Below are positions 1 to 6,741 of a DNA stretch of 11,342 nucleotides, one piece after another (position 1 is the stretch's first letter; each line of letters starts with the position of its first letter). The translations under genes and the position numbers were made by a program. Below the pieces are notes generated by a model that saw nothing but the letters and a program-made list of their open reading frames with translations, was not told the DNA's origin and made no database searches. Source of the DNA: a virus (lineage: Duplodnaviria > Heunggongvirae > Uroviricota > Caudoviricetes). The stretch is taken from the IMG/VR virus record IMGVR_UViG_2778261353_000007, positions 1 to 11,342 of that record. One strand, given 5' to 3'.

Positions 1-255
1 CTGCTTTTCCTTGATGCTATAGGGGTGCTGAGACCGATAACGCATTTTGTAAACCATCCCTGTGAGAGCGAATATTCCGATATCTGGTTATTAATTTATG
101 ATTCTTGTTTTATGTGATCGTGGTAGCGTTAATTCCGCTCATATATCATTGTAAAATATGGGTTTTATATGAACTATAATGCTTTCGTGATAATACGCTG
201 CGTGTATTAGGCGGAAAAAACTGATCTGGGGGATGTAGAAACTCAAGGAAGTAGC

Positions 256-261
256 TATAAT
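256..261 (+). promoter_or_regulatory. Candidate -10 hexamer (TATAAT) of the selC promoter
   Basis: Exact TATAAT about 31 nt upstream of the mature tRNA 5' end; no convincing -35 seen. Position-based inference only. Confidence 0.3.
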
Positions 262-292
262 GCGCCCCGCCTCCATGTAGCAATCGAGGCGC

Positions 293-387
293 GGAAGATC
301 GTCGTCTCCGGTGAGGCGGCTGGACTTCAAATCCAGTTGGGGCCGCCAGCGGTCCCGGGCAGGTTCGACTCCTGTGATCTTCCGCCA
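293..387 (+). tRNA. selC: tRNA-Sec (selenocysteine, anticodon UCA)
   Basis: 95-nt sequence GGAAGATCGTCGTCTCCGGTGAGGCGGCTGGACTTCAAATCCAGTTGGGGCCGCCAGCGGTCCCGGGCAGGTTCGACTCCTGTGATCTTCCGCCA matches the E. coli selC tRNA as I recall it: long variable arm, anticodon TCA at 327-329, encoded 3' CCA. The minus-strand ORFs overlapping it are spurious. Confidence 0.93.
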
Positions 388-549
388 AACCTCATCCAGC
401 CAGTTCCGAGACACTCCATAAAATCCTTTATATTCAATACGATGAATAATCAGCTTGTCCGTAATAGTCCGAGAGCATCTCCCTGAATCCGCGAAAAATA
501 TGTATAGTAATGTGTATAGATTTTTTATAAGTAGTATTCAGTTATACAC

Positions 550-1728
550 ATGGCTCTAACCGATATACAGATCAAACGAGCAAAACCACAAGACAAGCCA
601 TACACATTGAACGATGGACAAGGTCTGTCATTGCTTATCAATCCCGATGGCTCGAAAGGCTGGCGTTTCCGTTTCCGATTTGCAGGAAAAGCGCGGTTAA
701 TGTCATTTGGCAGCTACGATTTAGTAAGCCTCGCAGAAGCACGTGAGAAGCGTGATATCGCCCGTAAGCAGGTTGCTAATGGCATTGACCCGGTAGAGGA
801 ACGCAAAGCTTTAAGACTCGCCCAAAAGCTATCAACAGAAAATTCTTTCGAAGCAATATGTCGAGAATGGCATACCAACAAAGCTGACCGCTGGACTGTG
901 GCCTATCGAGAAGAAATTATTAAGACATTCGAGCAGGATGTCTTCCCGTTCATTGGTAAACGTCCTATCAGTGAAATCAAACCATTAGAACTGCTTGAAG
1001 TATTGCGACGAATAGAGAAACGAGGAGCACTAGAGAAGACCAGAAAAGTGCGCCAAAGATGCGGTGAGGTCTTTCGTTATGCAATCATAACTGGCCGAGC
1101 TGAATACAATCCAGCACCTGATTTAGCTATCGCTCTGGCCGTTCCTAAGCAAAAACACCACCCATTTTTATCTGCCGAAGAGTTGCCTTATTTTATTCAA
1201 GATCTTGAAGCGTATACCGGAAGCATCATCACTAAAAATGCGACAAAGATAGTCATGTTAACTGGCGTAAGAACTCAGGAAATGCGCTTTGCCACGTGGG
1301 ATGAAGTTGACCTTGAGAAAGGAATATGGGAGATTCCAGCTGAAAGGATGAAAATGCGCAGGCCTCATATTGTACCTCTATCTACTCAGGTGATTGCCCT
1401 TTTTAAACAGCTCAAGCCTATTAGCGGCCATTATCCCTACATTTTTATTGGAAGAAATAATCGTAGTAAACCGATCTCTAAAGAAAGTGTATCACAGGTT
1501 ATTGAATTACTAGGCTACAAAGGTCGCGCTACAGGTCACGGATTTAGACATACTATGTCAACCATTTTGCACGAAAAGGGATTTGACAGTGTATGGATTG
1601 AAATGCAATTAGCTCACTTAGATAAAAATACTATTCGAGGTACATATAACCATGCACAATATTTAGAGAAGAGAAAAGATATGATGCAATGGTATGCGGA
1701 CTTTTTATACAAATCATTGGAGCGGTAA
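550..1728 (+). CDS. int: Tyrosine site-specific recombinase, P4-type integrase
   Basis: 392-aa ORF directly downstream of a tRNA gene. N-terminus MALTDIQIKRAKPQDKPYTLNDGQGL is typical of P4-family integrase arm-binding domains. C-terminal catalytic signature is present: Arg in LTGVRTQE, HGFRHT box and Tyr in RGTYNHAQY. No obvious Shine-Dalgarno before the ATG. Confidence 0.9.
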   Translation: MALTDIQIKRAKPQDKPYTLNDGQGLSLLINPDGSKGWRFRFRFAGKARLMSFGSYDLVSLAEAREKRDIARKQVANGIDPVEERKALRLAQKLSTENSFEAICREWHTNKADRWTVAYREEIIKTFEQDVFPFIGKRPISEIKPLELLEVLRRIEKRGALEKTRKVRQRCGEVFRYAIITGRAEYNPAPDLAIALAVPKQKHHPFLSAEELPYFIQDLEAYTGSIITKNATKIVMLTGVRTQEMRFATWDEVDLEKGIWEIPAERMKMRRPHIVPLSTQVIALFKQLKPISGHYPYIFIGRNNRSKPISKESVSQVIELLGYKGRATGHGFRHTMSTILHEKGFDSVWIEMQLAHLDKNTIRGTYNHAQYLEKRKDMMQWYADFLYKSLER

Positions 1729-1737
1729 ACGCTCCAA
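1717..1737. terminator. Perfect 8-bp stem / 5-nt loop hairpin between convergent int and membrane-protein genes (possible bidirectional terminator)
   Basis: TTGGAGCG-GTAAA-CGCTCCAA spans the int stop codon; no clear U-tract on either strand, so terminator function is uncertain. Confidence 0.3.
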
Positions 1738-1744
1738 TACATAA

Positions 1745-2386
1745 TTAATATATGGATGCTATTACCATTAAGACTTTAAAGAAAAACATGACGACAATTA
1801 ACCAGATAATTAAATACCCCCAAATACTACTGATATGATAGTTAATTCTACCTTTTAGCATCCTCCAAAAGCTAAAATTTTCAGGCGTATGGGAAATATA
1901 ATATCTGCTCTTTACTATTTTATGATATTCATAATCAACAGGGCTATGGTTGAAAGTGCATGTTGATTTTATTTTTTCATACTCATCGCGAAGATTATCT
2001 ATATTTTTATAATCTTCTTCAGTCATTTCATTTTTTAAGCTATTTTTGAATAGAGAAAGTTTCCTTTCATACTCATTAAGTAACTCAGCATTTCTAAAGA
2101 GAGCTTCAGATTTAGCTCCTGATGCAACTCCCCACTCAATAAGACTAATTATAATTAATAGCATACTTAAGATAATAGAAAATGCGGTTATTAATATATT
2201 GAGTTTAGGATTTATATCATTAATCCAAAAATATTGCATTAATGATAATATAATACTGGAAAGGCCAATTAAAGCGAGACTAATAGTTGAAAAGATCTCT
2301 CTGACCTTTAATCGACGGGATGAATTATATCTTGCACACGATGTTTCCCATGCAGCTTTACTTAGGCTATCCAAAAAATCTTTCAT
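1745..2386 (-). CDS. Hypothetical membrane protein with three predicted TM segments; candidate effector partner of the adjacent reverse transcriptase
   Basis: ORF track gives 1745..2482 (245 aa). I prefer the internal start MKDFLDSL at 2386 (213 aa) because GGAG lies 6 nt upstream (2393-2396) and the longer N-terminus runs into the GC-rich spacer. Hydrophobic stretches IFSTISLALIGLSSIILSLMQYF, LNILITAFSIILSMLLIIISLI and C-terminal ISSIWGYLIIWLIVVMFFFKVLMVIASIY; charged, probably helical region between TM2 and TM3. AT-rich like the RT gene. No family recognised. Confidence 0.65.
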   Translation of the reverse strand: MKDFLDSLSKAAWETSCARYNSSRRLKVREIFSTISLALIGLSSIILSLMQYFWINDINPKLNILITAFSIILSMLLIIISLIEWGVASGAKSEALFRNAELLNEYERKLSLFKNSLKNEMTEEDYKNIDNLRDEYEKIKSTCTFNHSPVDYEYHKIVKSRYYISHTPENFSFWRMLKGRINYHISSIWGYLIIWLIVVMFFFKVLMVIASIY

Positions 2387-2580
2387 TATAAACTCCATGA
2401 ATAGTATAAAGTGACGCAACGCCGGAGATATCAGTCCAATCCTCTTCACCAGCAGTTTCCCCCGATGAAGGTTTACTACCATTTTAGGTCAGGAGCACTT
2501 CTGCCCATCACGGCATTTCCGCATGGGGTACGGCACCTGCAAGGCAAGTGCCGTCGGCGTTGGTCAAGCTCAATATATCA

Positions 2581-3990
2581 TTATTTAGGATATACTTCAC
2601 CTTCATCTGCATGCATGCTAGCTAGATTTTTAGCTTTATATCTCTCATAACGCTCTTCAACCTGTTCTTTAGTTAACCTCTCACCTTCAGCAATCCTTCC
2701 GCGCCGGTGCAAGAATTCAGTTTTTTGTTTAACAGTTTTAATCTGGTCGTAATCTCGTATATAACCTCTATGTGGGCTATATTTCATTTCATAATAAGCA
2801 CGTGTTACCTTTTTCAATCCTTCAGGTGCACAATTATCAAAATCATCCAAGCGTTTAAACATTTCTCTTATTATAAAATCTATTTTATGCAGAAGAGAGT
2901 GGTCGGTAATATTTGAATAATAAGCCACCCATCCATATCTTTTTTTCTCACTAATAGCCCCTGTTAACTTATCATTTAACTCTTCCAGAAAAACATCTTT
3001 AAGATCATCAACGGTTAAATGTGTATACTTCTTTAAACGTTTATTTTTATTGTGAAGATAGTCACTAAACCTAGATGCGATTGATTTTATAAATGATTCT
3101 ACAGTCGAATCTCGCACTGTTATAACATTTGCATTAAAAACATATCCCAAAAAGCTAAAAGACTCATTAAGAAAACCTAAACGTGTCTTAGATGATGTTG
3201 GCGGATGAGTGTTTAATCCCCTATATTTAAGCCTACGCCGTAGTGAATGATAAGCTGAATTTACCTCGTCATAATTTCCATAAATTAGCACATCATCAAC
3301 ATATCTATAGTAAGCTACATCAAACTTTAGCATTTTATCATCAACACTTTGCAGATAAATTGCAGCTAAAATATTAGATATTGACAACCCTTGAGGAACT
3401 CCCTTTTCATTATCAAAAAAAAACTTCCTCATTTTTTTATTAACACTATCACTTGTTGTTGGTGTTAAAAGAGAACGAACTATGAGGTCCAACGCTCTTT
3501 TACAATGCACTCTTTTTGATAGAATCTTTTTAAGTCGATGTTTGTTTATATTGTCATAGAAACCTTCAATATCACAACTACAAACATAAATATCTTCAGG
3601 GGGCATATCTTTTAAATCATCCGAGATATTTCTAATATAAGTTGAAGCAATACTCTTAGGTACACAATCAGGGAAAATCTCACAAAGAAAAACATTGAGC
3701 TGTTTTAATACAATGCGATCTCTAATTGTTGGTATAGAAATTACCCTAGGACTTTTTCCTCGCCCTTTACTTTTTAATTTTTCTAAGTAAGGAGTAAATC
3801 TAAATGAACCGTCAAGACATTTTTCCGAAACTTTCTTTAATTCCTTTCTGGCTCTACTTGAATATTGCATGCCATTGATTCTGTCAATGCCTTTTGCTGC
3901 CGACTTACTAAATTTATCAGAATACACATCAAATAAAGATTTTGGGGAGAAGAGTTTTTTAAATAACGTTTCTTGTGCTCGTTCATCCAT
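2581..3990 (-). CDS. Reverse transcriptase (RNA-directed DNA polymerase), unclassified, probably defence-associated
   Basis: 469-aa ORF with the RT motif series: AAKGIDRINGMQY (motif 0/1-like), RVISIPTIRDRIVLKQL (motif 2), CDIEGFYDNI (motif A, catalytic Asp), GVPQGLSISNILAAIYL (motif B'), YRYVDDVLIYG (motif C, YxDD), FLGYVF (primer grip). About 180-aa charged C-terminal extension. SD-like AAGGTG 5 nt before the ATG. Very AT-rich relative to the P4 backbone. Confidence 0.9.
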   Translation of the reverse strand: MDERAQETLFKKLFSPKSLFDVYSDKFSKSAAKGIDRINGMQYSSRARKELKKVSEKCLDGSFRFTPYLEKLKSKGRGKSPRVISIPTIRDRIVLKQLNVFLCEIFPDCVPKSIASTYIRNISDDLKDMPPEDIYVCSCDIEGFYDNINKHRLKKILSKRVHCKRALDLIVRSLLTPTTSDSVNKKMRKFFFDNEKGVPQGLSISNILAAIYLQSVDDKMLKFDVAYYRYVDDVLIYGNYDEVNSAYHSLRRRLKYRGLNTHPPTSSKTRLGFLNESFSFLGYVFNANVITVRDSTVESFIKSIASRFSDYLHNKNKRLKKYTHLTVDDLKDVFLEELNDKLTGAISEKKRYGWVAYYSNITDHSLLHKIDFIIREMFKRLDDFDNCAPEGLKKVTRAYYEMKYSPHRGYIRDYDQIKTVKQKTEFLHRRGRIAEGERLTKEQVEERYERYKAKNLASMHADEGEVYPK

Positions 3991-4129
3991 TGCATCACCT
4001 TATATTACGTCACGACTATTCCGTCTGACCACTTAATATCATGAATTCATTGCGTTCTTATAGCAAAATTTAATAAAAACTGCATTAACCTTCACTATTG
4101 ATTGGTCGCATTAAATTCTTATGCGCGCA

Positions 4130-4148
4130 GTGCTTTCCCCGCCTCGCC
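4130..4148 (-). other. cos site: 19-nt P2/P4 cohesive-end sequence
   Basis: Minus strand reads GGCGAGGCGGGGAAAGCAC, which matches the P2/P4 cohesive-end sequence as I recall it. It lies downstream of psu, as in P4, and is flanked by GC-rich hairpins (4147-4167 and 4197-4218). Confidence 0.55.
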
Positions 4149-4250
4149 CGCCCGCTTTGCGGGGCGGTTTTAATGCAGTTGCACTGACACGCTCAGACCG
4201 CGCCGGGAATGGCGCGGTTTGCAGAAAATGAGGCAGGAAAACGCATGCAA

Positions 4251-4282
4251 AGCCATGCACCTTATCGATGCATGGCTTTTTT
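4251..4282. terminator. Rho-independent terminator-like hairpin downstream of psu (possibly bidirectional)
   Basis: 9-bp stem AGCCATGCA / TGCATGGCT with a 9-nt loop, followed by a T-run on the plus strand; A-rich tract on the other side. Sits between the psu stop (4313) and cos. Confidence 0.45.
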
Positions 4283-4312
4283 CAGTAAAAACGGGCGGAT
4301 TTTCGGGGGGTT

Positions 4313-4885
4313 TTACACAGACTGATGTGATGCCAGTTGCGCACTTTTACGCGAAAAAATCATATTCTGCGCAGGAGTGAATTTTTCACGGCTGTCATCC
4401 ACCGAAGCCGCGTCAGGCCTGAATCCGATGGTCGTTAAAATGTCGCTATCCTGTGCGGAATAATTAATTTTTTCCCCCTTCGCAAGCCAGGACAGAAGGG
4501 CTTCACGCAGGGCATCTGTGGCACGCTGTATGGCACAGTTTCGGGCAATGGCCGTCAGCTCACTGTAGCCCATCAGCTCCGGTGCCAGTGCGGCCGCCAG
4601 TGCTGTGCCGTGCTGCTGCATAAAATCATTCAGCCGGTCGCGGATGCTGATGTGCTGAACGGCTTCATGCGAACGAATATAACGACCGGCAGCCTGATTC
4701 ACCTGCCATTTTCTGACTTCGATAATATTGCGTAATTCGTCCAGGCGACTGACGTTTCTGCCTTCCCCGGACAGAAGCCGCAGATATTCCTGTTCGGCCG
4801 CAGCCAGCTCATTTTTGCGTTGCAGCCATGCTGCTTTGTTATTCTGACAGGTGTCAAAGGCCTGCTGTAAGGCTGTGCTTTCCAT
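4313..4885 (-). CDS. psu: Polarity suppression protein Psu (capsid decoration / Rho antagonist)
   Basis: 190-aa ORF, the size I recall for P4 Psu; last gene of a minus-strand sid-delta-psu operon, followed by terminator and cos exactly as in P4. Confidence 0.88.
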   Translation of the reverse strand: MESTALQQAFDTCQNNKAAWLQRKNELAAAEQEYLRLLSGEGRNVSRLDELRNIIEVRKWQVNQAAGRYIRSHEAVQHISIRDRLNDFMQQHGTALAAALAPELMGYSELTAIARNCAIQRATDALREALLSWLAKGEKINYSAQDSDILTTIGFRPDAASVDDSREKFTPAQNMIFSRKSAQLASHQSV

Positions 4886-4958
4886 CGTTATCTCTTTCTC
4901 ATCATGCTGAAGAATAAAAATACGGTGTGCGGCGACGGCCGGGGTTAACCGGCAGCCC

Positions 4959-5459
4959 TCATTCCAGACGCAGCGAATATGATTGTGTTTTTAACCGTAC
5001 TGGCGGCAGTTCCTGTTTTTCATGCAGGCGTTCTGCCAGTTCGTCCGGCGTGACCGGGCGGACAATGAAGCGGTTGATGGTCTGAAGCGTTTTAAACACC
5101 AGACCACAGCCCGGATCCGTGCACACATAAAAACGTTCGGTGACTTCCTGAGACAGACGCCGCGATGTTCTTGACAGTGCAAGGCCGTTACATCTCCGAC
5201 AACAATATCCGGTAACAAGCATTCTTTTCGGGCGTTTCATACTGCCGGAGGCAGAAGTCAGTGAATCGCGGTATCTCTGTTTGCCTGAAATGTATTCCAT
5301 TCCTGAATCTTTACTGTCAGAGAAAAAGCTTTCACTCGCTTCAAATGTCGCAGAGCAATAAATATTCCGGCACTGTGCAATCATTATCTTGGTGCCATCG
5401 TCCATGAAATGTGCGCGACGAGTGTGAGCAACATGTCCACACGACGGGCAGTAAATCAT
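4959..5459 (-). CDS. delta: Late gene transcriptional activator Delta (tandem Ogr-type zinc finger)
   Basis: 166-aa ORF with two Cys-rich zinc-finger units (CPSCGH...CRNIYC and CCRRCNG...CTDPGCG), matching a duplicated Ogr-like fold. Start overlaps the sid stop (ATGA), indicating translational coupling. Confidence 0.88.
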   Translation of the reverse strand: MIYCPSCGHVAHTRRAHFMDDGTKIMIAQCRNIYCSATFEASESFFSDSKDSGMEYISGKQRYRDSLTSASGSMKRPKRMLVTGYCCRRCNGLALSRTSRRLSQEVTERFYVCTDPGCGLVFKTLQTINRFIVRPVTPDELAERLHEKQELPPVRLKTQSYSLRLE

Positions 5460-6190
5460 GACAGCAGTCCTCTGGCCTTAAGCTCTGCACCCTGCTGGTC
5501 TATTTTGTCCTGCCACACCTTGCGCTGTGCCGGTGTGCCTGCCACCTCATAATCCATGTGCGGGAGTGTTGCCGCTGACAGTCCGGTCAGCCGGAGAACC
5601 GGCTCGCCGGTGAGGCTGATTTGCATCTGTTTAATTTTCTGTTCCAGCGATGATTTCACCTGCTGCATGACAGCCTTTTCCGGTGCGACGTAGCCCTGAT
5701 GGCCGGTGGTGTTGGCGAGCGGATTTTCCTGTACCAGAATGCTCAGATGCATTGCCCGGACAAGCGCCTCACAGGTTTCATTCAGGGCGTGTTCCAGCTC
5801 ATGCTCTGCATACAGACTCAGAAGGTGATGATGTGCCTTCCGGTAGGCGGTGGCCGTGCTGTCACACGCCCCTTTCAGGCGTTCGCGTTCAAAATTCAGC
5901 ACCACGGCCAGATTGTCATATTCCTGTACCAGCTCCCGGCGTGCCACGCGCTCAATGTGGCGCTGTTTCAGCTCGTCGCTCAGGACACCACCGGCTGCAC
6001 GAAAGGCCGTGCGCCAGTCGTCAGCGTCGTTTCCGTCGGCCTGCGCCAGCGCATTTTTTTCCTGCTCTGCCCGTTCAATGGCCGTGACGGTCTCATCCAT
6101 CAGACGGGCGTTCTCAAGATGGGCGGCTCTGGCCTTTTCCAGTTGTGCCAGCGCGGATTGCAGATATTCAGGGATGGTGTTGTCAGACAT
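5456..6190 (-). CDS. sid: Capsid size determination protein Sid (external scaffold)
   Basis: 244-aa ORF, the size I recall for P4 Sid; first gene of the late operon; GAGGAG Shine-Dalgarno upstream of the ATG; helical, Ala/Glu/Leu-rich composition. Confidence 0.9.
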   Translation of the reverse strand: MSDNTIPEYLQSALAQLEKARAAHLENARLMDETVTAIERAEQEKNALAQADGNDADDWRTAFRAAGGVLSDELKQRHIERVARRELVQEYDNLAVVLNFERERLKGACDSTATAYRKAHHHLLSLYAEHELEHALNETCEALVRAMHLSILVQENPLANTTGHQGYVAPEKAVMQQVKSSLEQKIKQMQISLTGEPVLRLTGLSAATLPHMDYEVAGTPAQRKVWQDKIDQQGAELKARGLLS

Positions 6191-6261
6191 TTTCGGCTCC
6201 TCGTCACTTCAGGTTGAGAAAATTGTGACGTACACCGGACAACAACACGACGCATTGCAGA

Positions 6262-6279
6262 TGTGCCAGCCCTGACACA
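6262..6279 (-). promoter_or_regulatory. TGT-N12-ACA dyad, candidate Delta/Ogr activator site of the sid late promoter (Psid)
   Basis: TGTGCCAGCCCTGACACA lies 72-89 bp upstream of the sid ATG, consistent with an activator site centred near -55 of a P2/P4-type late promoter. A second TGT-N12-ACA at 6224-6241 lies closer to the gene. Confidence 0.4.
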
Positions 6280-6358
6280 GGAGACTCATCCTCACACCGG
6301 CAAGCCAGGAAAAGGTCGCAGGAAAAACCGGCTTACTGTTTGTTTTTTTATATTTTAC

Positions 6359-6462
6359 TGTTCACCTCTGTTCACCATAAGAAAAAAGATAAGTAATACA
6401 GTAAGTTAAATGGTGAACAATCGCAGTAATGACTGTTCACCGTCTGTTCACCACTGTTCACC
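6359..6462. repeat. Iteron cluster: six copies of octamer TGTTCACC (five direct, one inverted), ori-like alpha-binding sites
   Basis: Octamers at 6359, 6369, 6434, 6445, 6455 (plus strand) and 6412-6419 (GGTGAACA, inverted). TGTTCACC is the alpha-protein binding iteron of P4 ori/crr as I recall; it lies about 4.8 kb from a second cluster after alpha. Confidence 0.6.
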
Positions 6463-6566
6463 CGTTGATGGGCTTTTTGTGCTGTTTATTACTGTTTGTT
6501 TTTATTAATTCGCCGGGAATGAATAAGAAAAAACGATTTGTATTTCACTATAAAAATTACGAATTG

Positions 6567-6596
6567 CTTTAAGTGGCTTTAAATGACTTTAAGTGG
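6567..6596. repeat. Three tandem 10-bp repeats CTTTAAGTGG / CTTTAAATGA / CTTTAAGTGG
   Basis: Direct tandem repeats with 10-bp (one helical turn) periodicity in the control region upstream of vis; possible protein-binding array. Confidence 0.35.
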
Positions 6597-6621
6597 AGAT
6601 GAACAAAAAACACACAAGCAT

Positions 6622-6639
6622 TGTAAGGCTGCCGGAACA
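6622..6639 (+). promoter_or_regulatory. TGT-N12-ACA dyad, candidate Delta/Ogr site of the rightward late promoter (PLL-like) driving vis
   Basis: TGTAAGGCTGCCGGAACA lies about 100-120 bp upstream of the vis ATG; same dyad class as the Psid site, in divergent orientation. Confidence 0.3.
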
Positions 6640-6741
6640 AATCCCCCCTGTTGCGTCTGCTGAAAATATTCACAAAATAAAGCGCTACCCGAAGCCGGAC
6701 GGACTTATCCGGTGCTGTATGGACATTAACGAGGTAGCCCG

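Noticed and set aside
139-414. Minus-strand ORFs of 91 and 80 aa (139..414 and 146..388)
   Set aside because: They overlap the selC tRNA gene and its promoter region; translation is low-complexity and no ribosome-binding site is evident.
1745-2482. Longer 245-aa version of the membrane-protein ORF starting at 2482
   Set aside because: The upstream ATG has no Shine-Dalgarno and the extra 32 codons run through the GC-rich spacer; the internal ATG at 2386 has GGAG at optimal spacing.
2417-2562. 8-bp inverted repeat (2417-2424 / 2555-2562) as definitive retron-like a1/a2 stems
   Set aside because: An 8-bp inverted repeat somewhere within a 200-bp region is roughly expected by chance; kept only as supporting detail in a finding.
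2046-2916. Plus-strand ORFs 2046..2414, 2411..2650 and 2707..2916
   Set aside because: They are antisense to, or embedded in, the membrane-protein and RT genes or the spacer; AT-rich antisense frames have no start signals.
2581-3990. Classification of the RT as a retron RT or a group II intron-encoded protein
   Set aside because: No VTG motif, no upstream msr-msd with a1/a2 repeats, and no recognisable intron domain V or GUGYG boundaries; motif C is YVDD. Left as unclassified.
3991-4312. GC-rich structured region upstream of the RT as a retron-type msr-msd or other RT ncRNA
   Set aside because: It contains the P2/P4 cos 19-mer and its flanking hairpins plus the psu terminator; only about 140 bp, mostly promoter and UTR, separate cos from the RT start.
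4991-5218. 75-aa minus-strand ORF inside delta
   Set aside because: Alternative frame embedded in the delta coding sequence.
5683-6275. Plus-strand ORFs 5683..6087, 5699..6217 and 5850..6275
   Set aside because: Antisense to sid in GC-rich DNA; Arg/Pro/Ala-rich translations typical of antisense frames.
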